Made by a program: the position numbers and the translations under genes. The notes beneath the pieces were generated by a model. It searched no databases. It saw nothing but the letters and a program-made list of their open reading frames with translations, and was not told where the DNA came from. A DNA stretch of 39,145 nt from Thermodesulfobacteriota bacterium. Its GTDB lineage: Bacteria > Desulfobacterota > BSN033 > UBA1163. The stretch lies in assembly GCA_041082155.1 (NCBI GenBank), contig JBDOIB010000021.1, positions 1-39,145 of the forward strand, written 5' to 3'. This document shows positions 1-9,203 of the stretch, piece after piece (position 1 is the first letter of the stretch; each line of letters starts with the position of its first letter).

Positions 1-2654
1 GCCAGGCTCGATGGGATCAGTTTAAACTTGAGAGACTCAATCCCTGGGTTGGGAAGTTTCATCTATCAGGTCATACGAACGGAGATCTGGAGCTTCAATG
101 GATAGAGAAAGGGGGAATTAAAATAAACGGGGAAGTGGATGTTAGGGGGGGGTTTTTCTATCCATCTTTGAGGATGGATGTTACAAAAGCTAATTTAAAA
201 TTCAATTGGGATGAGAAGAAACTTGACGCCATGGCAACATTGGAACTCCCTCCGGAAGGAAGATTCCACGTTCTCCTCACCTCTGAACAACCTGCTCGAT
301 TGTCTTTTCCTAAACCGATAAAAATTGATGCCCGTTGGGAGGACATTGATACCTCTATTTTTCGTTCTTACTTTCCCAGGGGTGTTTCTATCGAGGGAAA
401 ACTTTCCGGTCATCTCCTTACCCAGTGGTTGAGAGATTCAAGGTTCGATCATGAAGGTTGGATCAAACTCTCGCAAGGGATCCTGAAGTGGCCACACCGT
501 GAGGGTCAAAAAATGGCCGAGGTAAAAACTCTAAATCTAAACTGGACTTGGCAGAAAGATTCAGTCAAAGGACGCCTTTCTTGGGCCCTTGCCGATTATG
601 GGTTCTTCAGAGGGAACTTCGAGTTTCCTATTGCTCCCCAATGGCCTCCAACGATTCAACCTAAAAATCCCCTGAGAATTGCACTTTCTGGAGAGCTTCG
701 AGACAGAGGGCTGATGAGTTCCTTTTTTCCTGAACTGATCAAGGATAGTCGAGTGCAGATGGAGATGAATCTTGAGGCTATGGGAACCTGGGAGAGACCG
801 AATCTGAGAGCCCTTCTTGAGCTGAAGAATTCCGAGGTCTCTTTAAATTTATCTAAAGAAAACCGCTCACCCCCTCCCTTAACAATAGAACTTTCTCGAG
901 GGCAGATTAAATTGAATTGGGATGAGAAGGGACTTTTTACCCTATGTCATCTTGAATTTAACCGGGCAGGCCGATTCAAAATCAATCTCTCTTCTTCTCA
1001 ACCGGCAAGAATGGGTATCCCGAGCCGGGGAAAGGTTGAGGCAACCTGGGAGGGATCCGGTCTTAGTCTTCTTAGTCCCTGGCTTCCTGCCGGGCTTCTC
1101 ATGGAAGCAGAGTGGCTGGGTACTCTCTCAGGGGAATGGTCAGAGGGTCGTTTCGAATCAAGGGGAGGGATAAAGATCTCTTCAGGGAAGATCACGTGGC
1201 GTCATGAGGGAGGGAATATAAAGGCATACCTTAAATCAGCGGATTTGGACTGGAATTGGAGGGGAGATCGTTTAAGGGGGGAGATCTCCTTTGCCCTTCA
1301 GGAATATGGTTATCTGAAGGGTAATGTTGACCTGCCTTTGCCTGCCCGGTTTCCCATTGCCATTCAGCCGGATGGTCTATTAAAACTTTCTCTTGAAGGA
1401 GAGTTCAGGGAAAAGGGAATTCTACCTGCTTTTCTTCCCGGACTCGTTCAGGAGAGTCAGGGACAGCTTCATATTTGTCTATCAGGAGATGGCTCTTGGA
1501 AGAATCCTGACCTTAAGGGAAATATTCAGCTAAAGAACATCGAGGCCTCCATCCCGGGGTTGGGGATATGGCTGAAAGAGGTTAGGATGGAGGCAAAACT
1601 TAAAAAGGATGATGTTCGAATTACTTCCTTTCAAGCTTATTCCGGTGAGGGACAGGTTGGGGGAGAGGCAACGATTCAAATAAAAGATTGGAGAGTTTCT
1701 CATTTTCAGGGCCGTCTACAGGGAGAACGCTTCAAGACGATTCATCTTCCAGAACTTCAGGTATGGAGTAGTCCAAAGATTGAGTTTCACGGAACTCCTC
1801 AGAAGCTTTTTGTGAGAGGAGAGGTTCGTCTCCCGGAGGTCATCATCACGGGTCCTCCTACCAGGGAAGGGATAGGGCCGAGTTCAGATGTGGTGATCCT
1901 GGATGCCCCAGAAGTTTCAAAAAAAGGTTTTCCTCTTTCACCTGATATTCAGATTCAGGTTCTTCTCGGGGAAAAGGTCTTTGTAAAATCCTACGGGATT
2001 GAAGCAAGGCTGGTGGGAGGTTTATTTATTAAATTTCAGGATCCCCGGAAAATAGATGCGGAGGGCGAGATTCGTGTAGCCAGAGGTCATTACGAGGCTT
2101 ACGGACAGAGACTTGAAATCATTCGGGGACGACTCATCTTTACAGGAGGTCCTGTTGAAAATCCCACTGTAGATGCCTTGGCTGTTCGTAAAATAGAAGA
2201 GATTCAGGCAGGTGTGGTGATTTCAGGCTCATTAAAGAAACCGATCGTCAAGCTCTATTCTCGTCCTGCTATGCCGGATACAGATGTCCTGTCCTACATT
2301 ATTTTAGGACGACCTCTGGGACATGGGACGGAAGCAGTTCCTTCCCTTATGCAAGCGGCTGCGGCTCTTCTTTCTGCAGGAGAGTCAGTAGTGCTTCAGG
2401 GAAGGCTTAAGAAATTATTGGGTCTGGATACTCTAGATATCACGACTCCTTCCGGAGAGGGGGAGGTCACTCGTTCCATGGTGACAGTGGGGAAGTACCT
2501 CACTCCGAAACTTTATATCAGTTTGGGTCGCTCTCTCTATGCGGATTCTACTCTCCTTATGCTTCGCTATACTCTTTCAAAACGATTAGAACTCCAGGCT
2601 ACCACGGGTACTGAAAGCGGGGCCACACTTTTTTATAAAATTGAATTTAAATAG
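1..2654 (+). CDS. tamB: TamB-family translocation and assembly module protein, C-terminal ~880 aa (5' end lies upstream of the window; codon phase starts at nt 3)
   Basis: The frame of the 135..2654 ORF stays open back to nt 3, so the listed GTG at 135 is internal. The protein is large and beta-rich. Its C-terminus, MLRYTLSKRLELQATTGTESGATLFYKIEFK, matches the DUF490/TamB C-terminal signature (RY-L-x-RL-L-x-A ... L-x-Y-x-x-EF). Confidence 0.82.
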   Translation, partial: QARWDQFKLERLNPWVGKFHLSGHTNGDLELQWIEKGGIKINGEVDVRGGFFYPSLRMDVTKANLKFNWDEKKLDAMATLELPPEGRFHVLLTSEQPARLSFPKPIKIDARWEDIDTSIFRSYFPRGVSIEGKLSGHLLTQWLRDSRFDHEGWIKLSQGILKWPHREGQKMAEVKTLNLNWTWQKDSVKGRLSWALADYGFFRGNFEFPIAPQWPPTIQPKNPLRIALSGELRDRGLMSSFFPELIKDSRVQMEMNLEAMGTWERPNLRALLELKNSEVSLNLSKENRSPPPLTIELSRGQIKLNWDEKGLFTLCHLEFNRAGRFKINLSSSQPARMGIPSRGKVEATWEGSGLSLLSPWLPAGLLMEAEWLGTLSGEWSEGRFESRGGIKISSGKITWRHEGGNIKAYLKSADLDWNWRGDRLRGEISFALQEYGYLKGNVDLPLPARFPIAIQPDGLLKLSLEGEFREKGILPAFLPGLVQESQGQLHICLSGDGSWKNPDLKGNIQLKNIEASIPGLGIWLKEVRMEAKLKKDDVRITSFQAYSGEGQVGGEATIQIKDWRVSHFQGRLQGERFKTIHLPELQVWSSPKIEFHGTPQKLFVRGEVRLPEVIITGPPTREGIGPSSDVVILDAPEVSKKGFPLSPDIQIQVLLGEKVFVKSYGIEARLVGGLFIKFQDPRKIDAEGEIRVARGHYEAYGQRLEIIRGRLIFTGGPVENPTVDALAVRKIEEIQAGVVISGSLKKPIVKLYSRPAMPDTDVLSYIILGRPLGHGTEAVPSLMQAAAALLSAGESVVLQGRLKKLLGLDTLDITTPSGEGEVTRSMVTVGKYLTPKLYISLGRSLYADSTLLMLRYTLSKRLELQATTGTESGATLFYKIEFK

Positions 2655-2764
2655 AGAGGATAGATTTATCTCGTTAAAAAGCACTTTCTTAAAAACGGGA
2701 AGAGAGAGACGGGAGTTTAAAATTTAAAGATCCTGAGAAATCTTTTCCTTTTTAAAAAGGATTG

Positions 2765-2773
2765 TGATATGAT
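2765..2773 (+). promoter_or_regulatory. Possible extended -10 element (TG-a-TATGAT) upstream of the USP gene
   Basis: TGATATGAT sits 33 nt upstream of the ATG at 2806. There is no good -35, and a perfect 16-bp palindrome (2746-2761) abuts it. Confidence 0.3.
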
Positions 2774-2805
2774 ATTTGAAAACCTTTCTATTGGAGGAGG
2801 GAAAA

Positions 2806-3747
2806 ATGAGACGAATACTGCTTGCAACGGATGGTTCGGAACATGCCCTGAAAGCGTCCTCTTACCTTGCCCATCTTTATCAGGGGGCAACGGATGTAGA
2901 TATTACTATTATCCATATTTCACCACCTGTCCCTCCCATCTATCGGGAGGAGAAGAACGATCCTCAGATCCGAAAGATCTATTCTGCCTGGAAAAAAGGA
3001 AAGGAAGAAGAGGCTAAAAAATACATCTATGAGGCGATGGGAGTCCTTCAGAATGAAGGATTCCAGAAATCTCACATCAAGGCCAAACATCTTCATCAAG
3101 TGATTGGAGTGGCTCGTGATATCCTTCGAGAAGCCGATGCCGGAGATTATGAAGCCTGCGTGGTGGGGAAGAAGGGCATGGGCTGGTTTGATGACATGTT
3201 CCTTGGGAGCATTACCAGTAAGATTCTCGAAATTTCAGAGCATCGGCCGGTGTGGCTTGTGAGTGGAAGGAAATGGGATAGCCGAAAGGTTCTGATCGCA
3301 ATGGATCATACTTCTCAGATCGTTCAGCTGGCCGGATATGTGGGAAAGATGCTTCAAGGGTTAGAGGATATCAAAATTAAATTCTACCACTATTTTGCTC
3401 CTTTCGGAGAGAATCTCATTCCGATAGGAAAAGAGGAGATAAAGGAATTTGAAAAACGAATTCTTGAGAAAGAGAGGGATCGAATGTTTCAGTTCTTCGA
3501 GGATGCTCAAAAACTTCTTGAGGGATTGGGATTCGGAAGAAAGGAGATTTCTTTTGAGATTTTCAAAGGGGATTCTCTCTCTCCCAAAAAGGTTTCTCAA
3601 AGGATTCTGAAGGAGATGCAAACCGGGAAGCATGGAACTCTGGTCATTGGACGAAGAGGAGCTACGAGAGCAAGAGAGTTCAGGCTGGGATCAGTGGCCT
3701 GGCGGATTGCCACGGAAGCCCAAAATTGTGCTCTCTGGGTGGTGTAA
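2806..3747 (+). CDS. Universal stress protein with two tandem USP domains
   Basis: The N-terminus MRRILLATDGSEHALKA is typical of USPs. Both domains keep the G-x2-G-x9-G-S ATP motif (GKKGMGWFDDMFLGS and GRRGATRAREFRLGS). I chose the ATG at 2806 over the track start at 2776 because GGAGGAGGG lies 5-13 nt upstream of it. Confidence 0.85.
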   Translation: MRRILLATDGSEHALKASSYLAHLYQGATDVDITIIHISPPVPPIYREEKNDPQIRKIYSAWKKGKEEEAKKYIYEAMGVLQNEGFQKSHIKAKHLHQVIGVARDILREADAGDYEACVVGKKGMGWFDDMFLGSITSKILEISEHRPVWLVSGRKWDSRKVLIAMDHTSQIVQLAGYVGKMLQGLEDIKIKFYHYFAPFGENLIPIGKEEIKEFEKRILEKERDRMFQFFEDAQKLLEGLGFGRKEISFEIFKGDSLSPKKVSQRILKEMQTGKHGTLVIGRRGATRAREFRLGSVAWRIATEAQNCALWVV

Positions 3748-3795
3748 AAAATTTAAAATAGGCAGGGAAAGGCTCCTTTTTAAGATCTCTTAAAG

Positions 3796-3823
3796 TTGCA
3801 ATAATTTACAAATTTGATAAAAT
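3796..3823 (+). promoter_or_regulatory. Sigma70-like promoter candidate P1 (TTGCAA-16 nt-TAAAAT)
   Basis: Hexamers by eye: -35 TTGCAA at 3796-3801 and -10 TAAAAT at 3818-3823, with a 16-nt spacer. The element lies in an AT-rich 388-bp intergenic region upstream of the ABC operon. Confidence 0.35.
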
Positions 3824-3939
3824 ATTTAATAAATTAATTGAAGTTAAAGCTTCCTTCTCTTCTCATTCCTTTCGGTTCCAAGGGAAACGGGGTCTTCAAA
3901 CCAATTAGAGGATGGATTCCGGTATATGAAATTTTTTTC

Positions 3940-3967
3940 TTGCTTTTTTATTTTGGATATGTAAAAT
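3940..3967 (+). promoter_or_regulatory. Sigma70-like promoter candidate P2 (TTGCTT-16 nt-TAAAAT)
   Basis: Hexamers by eye: -35 TTGCTT at 3940-3945 and -10 TAAAAT at 3962-3967, with a 16-nt spacer. It would give a leader of about 160 nt before the SBP gene. Confidence 0.4.
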
Positions 3968-4135
3968 AGATTCACCTTTTAGATTCTTGTGAAAAAAACC
4001 GCAAATTTATTCAAAAATCAGGAAGGAGGTGATCATTCCCCAGGCATAAGGGAAAGAATGAAGGGTTCTTATTGATAGGTAGGAAGGTTATTTAGGAAAA
4101 AGGGATATAAAATTTTAATCAAAGGAGGGGACGTC

Positions 4136-5362
4136 ATGAAAAGGTGGATGATTTATTCAGCAATTTTAAGTCTTCTTGGGTTTATCCTTGGGGTAAGTGT
4201 GGAGGCCCAGCCCCCTATTAAAATCGGAGCGGTCATCAACCTTACCGGTATAGCCTCAACCTGGGGCCAGTATCATGCCAAAGGGCACAGAGACTATATT
4301 AATTATGTCAATGAGGTTAAGGGAGGAATTGCAGGGAGAAAGATCGATCTTGAAATCGTTGACCACGCCTATAAAGTTCCCGAAGGAGTCAAGTTTGTAA
4401 AGAAGTTCTGCGAGGAAAAAAAGGACATGATTGCGACCTGGGATGCAGGGACCGGTATCCAGATCAAACCCATTATTCAGGAATATAAGATTCCAACCAT
4501 CAATTATTCCACCTATCAGGGGATTCTCAAACCCCCTATTGAATTTATGTATCTTCCTTTTGGAAGTTATGTTTTAGACTCATATGCGGTATTGGAATAT
4601 ATCCGGACAATACATAAAGGAAAAGAAGCTCCAAAAGTAGGGCTATTGACGTATAATAATGTTTATGGGAGATCGATTCATGATCCAAGCAAGGAATATG
4701 CAGCAAAAAATAATATTAATATTGTCACCATTGAAGAATTTCCCTCCGCCACGGTTGATTTAACTACTGAAATGCTTCGTCTGAAAAGCAAGGGAGCTGA
4801 GTATATTTTTATGCAACTTCTTCCTGCTCATGTAATTTCGGCATTAAAAGCAGCTGATAAGATAGATTATAAAGTTCCCTTCTTTGGAACATGGACTTCC
4901 ACTGACCCTGACTTCTTTAATCTTGGAAAAGGATTGATTCGGGATAGACTCTACATGCAGTTCTGTGGTGTGCTTCCTGGAGATAAGACCCCAAAGGGGG
5001 AAAAGATGCCTGGAATTCAATTGTTAGAAAAATTATGGACCAAATATAAAACAGTAGAAAAATTTGATACCTCTTATTGGGAAGGAGTCGTGGTGGCTAT
5101 GATTCAGGAGCGTGCCGCTCATAGGGCTGCCGGGTTATTTAAAACGATTAACTCCGAAACCATTAATAAAGCTATGGAGACTTTTGATAAAGAAGACTTT
5201 GGAGGGCTTGTTCCCTATGTCACCTATACAAAAAATAATCATGAAGGTTCATTTAAGGGGAGGATTGTCCAGATCCATGAAGACGCCACCTATACTCCTG
5301 TGACCGAATTCTATACCCCTGGGAAAGAGAAGGTGAAGGTTTTAAAAGCTCCTAAGATGTAA
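4136..5362 (+). CDS. ABC transporter periplasmic substrate-binding protein, LivK/Peripla_BP_6 (type I PBP) family
   Basis: Strong RBS AAGGAGGGG. Signal peptide MKRWMIYSAILSLLGFILGVSVEA. The IKIGAVINLTGIASTWG start of the mature domain is typical of Leu/Ile/Val-binding-protein-like SBPs. The gene is first in an operon with Liv-type permeases and ATPases. Confidence 0.85.
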   Translation: MKRWMIYSAILSLLGFILGVSVEAQPPIKIGAVINLTGIASTWGQYHAKGHRDYINYVNEVKGGIAGRKIDLEIVDHAYKVPEGVKFVKKFCEEKKDMIATWDAGTGIQIKPIIQEYKIPTINYSTYQGILKPPIEFMYLPFGSYVLDSYAVLEYIRTIHKGKEAPKVGLLTYNNVYGRSIHDPSKEYAAKNNINIVTIEEFPSATVDLTTEMLRLKSKGAEYIFMQLLPAHVISALKAADKIDYKVPFFGTWTSTDPDFFNLGKGLIRDRLYMQFCGVLPGDKTPKGEKMPGIQLLEKLWTKYKTVEKFDTSYWEGVVVAMIQERAAHRAAGLFKTINSETINKAMETFDKEDFGGLVPYVTYTKNNHEGSFKGRIVQIHEDATYTPVTEFYTPGKEKVKVLKAPKM

Positions 5363-5388
5363 AAAGAAATCTCATACGGGGAGATTAA

Positions 5389-6216
5389 ATGAAGGCTTTT
5401 CGTGGACAACCCAGTATCTTTGCCTCCACTCGGCCCGAAGAGCGTCGGGCCGAGCTGGAGGTTAAACAGATCTATCTCAATTTTGGGGGTGTGATGGCCC
5501 TCCATAATGTAGACCTCACTGTTCATACAGGAGAGTTGCTCAGCATCATTGGCCCCAATGGTGCAGGAAAAACAAGCCTCCTTAATTGTATCACAGGGTA
5601 CTATCATCCCCAGCGGGGACAGATCTTTTTTAATGGTGAGGAGATTACCGGATTCCATCCCCATGAGATTACAAAGAAGGGCATCGGCCGGACTTACCAG
5701 AATATCGAACTCTTTCCCGGAATTACCGTTCTTGGTAATATGCTTCTGGCCCGCCATCTTTATTGCAATTATGGGATCGCAAAGGCATCTATCTTTTCAC
5801 CCAATGTCAGAAAAGAGGAGGTTCGTCATCGAAGGGTTCTTGAAGAATTGATCGATTTTTTAGAGATGCAGTCGATTCGAAAAAAACTCGTGGGTTCTCT
5901 CCCCTATGGATTAAGAAAAAGGGTGGAGTTGGGCCGGGCCCTTGCCTTGGAACCGAAGCTTCTGGTTTTAGACGAACCTTTTGCTGGAATGACCCTTGAA
6001 GAGAAGGAGGATATGGTTCGTTTTCTCCTTGAGCTGAATGCCGCCTGGGGCCAGACGATTATCCTTGTGGAACATGATATGTCTGTCGTGATGAGTATCT
6101 CCCAGAGGATTGTCGTATTGAATTTCGGGGAGAAGATCGCCGAAGGTCCACCTGAGGAGATCCAGAACCATCCAGAGGTCATCAAGGCTTACTTAGGGGA
6201 TACTACAAAGATTTAA
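5389..6216 (+). CDS. ABC transporter ATP-binding protein, LivG-like
   Basis: Walker A GPNGAGKTS. Signature-region LPYGLRKRVELGRAL. Walker B LLVLDEPFAGM. LivG-type C-terminus PEVIKAYLG. Confidence 0.9.
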   Translation: MKAFRGQPSIFASTRPEERRAELEVKQIYLNFGGVMALHNVDLTVHTGELLSIIGPNGAGKTSLLNCITGYYHPQRGQIFFNGEEITGFHPHEITKKGIGRTYQNIELFPGITVLGNMLLARHLYCNYGIAKASIFSPNVRKEEVRHRRVLEELIDFLEMQSIRKKLVGSLPYGLRKRVELGRALALEPKLLVLDEPFAGMTLEEKEDMVRFLLELNAAWGQTIILVEHDMSVVMSISQRIVVLNFGEKIAEGPPEEIQNHPEVIKAYLGDTTKI

Positions 6217-6259
6217 GATTTTTATCCTCCCCAACAAAGATTTCATTGGAGTGGAATAA

Positions 6260-8209
6260 ATGACGGAAGTTAGAAAGACAGAGCGAATAGACCAACAGAC
6301 CCTTCTTTCATTGATGAACTATACCCTCCCACAGATTCTATTTCAGCAGGCCAAGCGTTTTGGATCCCAAAAGATCGCAATTCGGGAGAAGATGTACGGA
6401 ATATGGCTCTCTTATACCTGGGAGGATTATCTTCGATATACGAAACAGGTGGCCCTCGGATTAAAACATATGGGACTTCAGCGTGGAGAGAAGATCGGGA
6501 TTATCACCGATAACCATCCTGAATGGCTCTTCACCGAGATGGGAGCTCAGGCCATAGGGGCCATCACCGTTAACCTCTTTACCTCCTCCATTGCAAAAGA
6601 GTTGGCCATCATGCTCAATCGTATTCAGGCTGTCTTTGTTGTAGCCCAGGATCAGGAACAGGTGGATAAACTTCTTGAGGTGAAAGGCGATCTTCCTCAT
6701 GTGCGAAAGGTAATCTATATTGATCAAACCGGGATGAGAACCTATGTGGGAAATCCCTGGTTGATGAGTTTTAAGGAACTCTTAGAGCTTGGTGCAAAGG
6801 TGGACCAGGAACAACCCCATCTTTTTGAAGAGGAACTATGGAAGGGAAAACCTGACGAAGTGGCTCTCATGATTATGACCTCCGGAACCACAGGGATCCC
6901 GAAACTGGCCATGATATCCCACAGAAGTTTCACTGAAATCGCAAGGAAGTGGGTTGAGACCGCTCCCATCGGACCTGAGGATAACTGGATCTCCATTACC
7001 CCCACCGCCTGGATCGTGGATCAGATGTGGGGGATGGGGGTTTCTCCTCTTGCCGGAATGGCCATGAACTTTCCTGAGACCTTAGAAACTCAGGCCGAGG
7101 ATTTCAGAGAGATTGGTCCTGTAGTCATTATTACTTCTTCAAGGTTCTGGGAAGATCTTGCCTCAAAGATCAGAGTAAAGATGGCGGATGCAGGATGGGT
7201 AAAGAGGAAACTTTTCCATCTGGGAGAAAAGATTGGAGGGGCGGTCGTTGACCGGGAGTCTAAGAAAGAACCTGTTCCTTCGGTATTGAGGATTCTCCAT
7301 AAGATATTTTCAAAGATTGTTTATCAACCTCTGCTCGATCGGGTGGGCTGTTCCCAGATTCGAGCTGCCATTACCGGTGGACATCCCATTAGCCCCGATG
7401 TGATCCGTTTCTTCCGCGCCAAAGGCCTAAACCTCAAACATGCCTATGGCCTTACGGAGGGAGGGGGAGTCTTTCAGGTTCAACCGGATAAGGAAGTGAA
7501 GCCTGAAACCGTCGGGAAGCCACTGCCTCGAACCGAAATCAAGATTGCAGAGGATCAGGAAGTTCTCGTGAGAACTCCTTCTTGTTTTGTGGGTTATTAT
7601 CAGGACCCTGAGGCCACTCAGAAGGCTTTAAGGAATGGGTGGCTTCATACCGGAGATGCTGGGTACATTGATGATGATGGGCATCTACTGATCATCGGGC
7701 GAAAAGAAGAGATTATGCGAACCAAGGCTGGGGAAGCCATCTCCGCAGACTTTATTGAAACCCGGCTAAAGTTCAGTCCTTATATCAAAGAGGCTGTGGT
7801 CTGGGGAGAAGGACGGGACTATATCACGGGATTTATCAATATCGATTTTGGGAATGTGGGAAGCTGGGCCGAGGATCGAATGATCCCCTATACGACCTAT
7901 ACGGATCTTTCACAACGACCCGAAGTCGAAGAACTCATCCTTAATGAAGTTCGTCAAGTCAACAACCAACTCCCCAAACCGATGAGGCTTAAAAAAATCA
8001 TTCTCCTTTATAAACTTCTTGATGCAGATGATGAAGAGCTCACCCGGACCGGAAAGGTCAGACGTAAATTTGTTTATGAGCAGTACCTTAATTTGATTGA
8101 AGCCATGTATAGCGGTAAAGAGGAGCTGGAGGTCACCGGAAAAGTTCGTTATCGAGACGGTCACGTCGGCACGATCACGACGAAAGTGAAGATCCTTACC
8201 GTTGAATGA
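6260..8209 (+). CDS. Long-chain-type (FAA1/COG1022-like) AMP-forming acyl-CoA ligase embedded in the ABC transporter operon
   Basis: AMP-binding motif MTSGTTGIPKLAMISH. GWLHTGDAGYIDDDGHLLIIGRKEE motif. C-terminal LTRTGKVRRKF. At 649 aa the size is typical of this subfamily. RBS GGAGTGGA. Confidence 0.85.
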   Translation: MTEVRKTERIDQQTLLSLMNYTLPQILFQQAKRFGSQKIAIREKMYGIWLSYTWEDYLRYTKQVALGLKHMGLQRGEKIGIITDNHPEWLFTEMGAQAIGAITVNLFTSSIAKELAIMLNRIQAVFVVAQDQEQVDKLLEVKGDLPHVRKVIYIDQTGMRTYVGNPWLMSFKELLELGAKVDQEQPHLFEEELWKGKPDEVALMIMTSGTTGIPKLAMISHRSFTEIARKWVETAPIGPEDNWISITPTAWIVDQMWGMGVSPLAGMAMNFPETLETQAEDFREIGPVVIITSSRFWEDLASKIRVKMADAGWVKRKLFHLGEKIGGAVVDRESKKEPVPSVLRILHKIFSKIVYQPLLDRVGCSQIRAAITGGHPISPDVIRFFRAKGLNLKHAYGLTEGGGVFQVQPDKEVKPETVGKPLPRTEIKIAEDQEVLVRTPSCFVGYYQDPEATQKALRNGWLHTGDAGYIDDDGHLLIIGRKEEIMRTKAGEAISADFIETRLKFSPYIKEAVVWGEGRDYITGFINIDFGNVGSWAEDRMIPYTTYTDLSQRPEVEELILNEVRQVNNQLPKPMRLKKIILLYKLLDADDEELTRTGKVRRKFVYEQYLNLIEAMYSGKEELEVTGKVRYRDGHVGTITTKVKILTVE

Positions 8210-8303
8210 AACGCTATATTGCAAATAAAAATTGTTTGAATGCTGGTTAATGGCTAATTTTTCAATCTGCAATTTGTATCGATCTTTTTAGGGGGTTTTC
8301 TTT

Positions 8304-9182
8304 ATGGAATTCTTTTTTCAACTTCTGGTTCAAGGCCTCTCTGTTGGGTTTCTCTATGCCCTTGCCGCCCTTGGGTTTGTGATGATCTTTAAATCTTCGA
8401 GTGTCCTTAATTTTGCCCACGGAGAGCTACTGGCCATCGGGGCGTTTGTCTTTCTGGTCTTCTCGGTTCGATTAAACCTTCCCATTCCAATAGCTTTTAT
8501 TTTTACACTCGCAGGAACCTTTGCATTGGGATTTATCATTGAGCGCCTCTTCCTTCGTCCCCTGATCGGTGAGGCATTAATCGAAGTCATCATGCTTACC
8601 GTTGGTTTAGCAGCCATGTTCAAAGGGCTCCTGCTGGTCATCTTTGGGGGAAATCTTTTTAATTATCCCGATTTCCTTCCCAAGGGACTTACCATTCAAT
8701 GGGGGGCAGTGGTCATTCAACCTGTTTATGTCGCCTCTTTTATTATTGGAATCATCTTCCTTTCCGTCTTTGGATTCTTTTTCAAATATTCCTCTCAAGG
8801 AATCTATATGAGGTCGGTCGCAGATAATCAACCCGCTGCACTGTCTCTGGGGGTCCATGTACGAAGGGTCTTTGCCCTCTCCTGGGCTATTGCCTCTCTG
8901 GTCTGTGCCCTCAGTGGAATCATCCTCGGAATCATGAATGGAATCAATGTTCACGATATTAGTATCATGGGGTTGAAAGTCTTCCCAGTCGTGATCCTTG
9001 GTGGACTGGAAAGTATCGGAGGTGCCATCATCGGAGGGCTTATCATCGGGTTGCTTGAAACCTTCACCGGGGGCTATGTCTCCACCTCACTTAAAGAAGT
9101 GATTCCCTTTGTGGTACTGGTCTTTATTCTTTTAGTGAAGCCCTATGGCCTCTTTGGTTTAGTGGAGATTGAACGGGTTTAA
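8304..9182 (+). CDS. Branched-chain-amino-acid-type ABC transporter permease, LivH-like
   Basis: Polytopic membrane protein. It carries NFAHGELLAIGAF, the hallmark of LivH/BPD_transp_2 permeases. Confidence 0.9.
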   Translation: MEFFFQLLVQGLSVGFLYALAALGFVMIFKSSSVLNFAHGELLAIGAFVFLVFSVRLNLPIPIAFIFTLAGTFALGFIIERLFLRPLIGEALIEVIMLTVGLAAMFKGLLLVIFGGNLFNYPDFLPKGLTIQWGAVVIQPVYVASFIIGIIFLSVFGFFFKYSSQGIYMRSVADNQPAALSLGVHVRRVFALSWAIASLVCALSGIILGIMNGINVHDISIMGLKVFPVVILGGLESIGGAIIGGLIIGLLETFTGGYVSTSLKEVIPFVVLVFILLVKPYGLFGLVEIERV

Positions 9183-9203
9183 GATCTGGTTAGAGGAGGA
9201 AGA

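Noticed and set aside
922-1173. 83-aa + strand ORF in an alternative frame, along with other short overlapping + strand ORFs in the track (for example 5549-5851, 23846-24157 and 36593-36847)
   Set aside because: All are out-of-frame overlaps within strongly supported genes. They have skewed composition rich in R, P, S and G, and no RBS.
3748-3790. Intrinsic terminator after the USP gene (GGGAAAGGCTCCTTTTT)
   Set aside because: The putative stem AAAGG/CCTTT would leave a 2-nt loop, which is not a viable hairpin. No other stem is apparent.
3748-4135. Possible riboswitch, sRNA or tRNA in the large intergenic region
   Set aside because: I found no conserved riboswitch core, no cloverleaf and no convincing terminator hairpin by eye. 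The only structure is a weak 7-bp hairpin with a G-U pair around 3866-3886. It is kept as a promoter/leader observation, not as an RNA gene.
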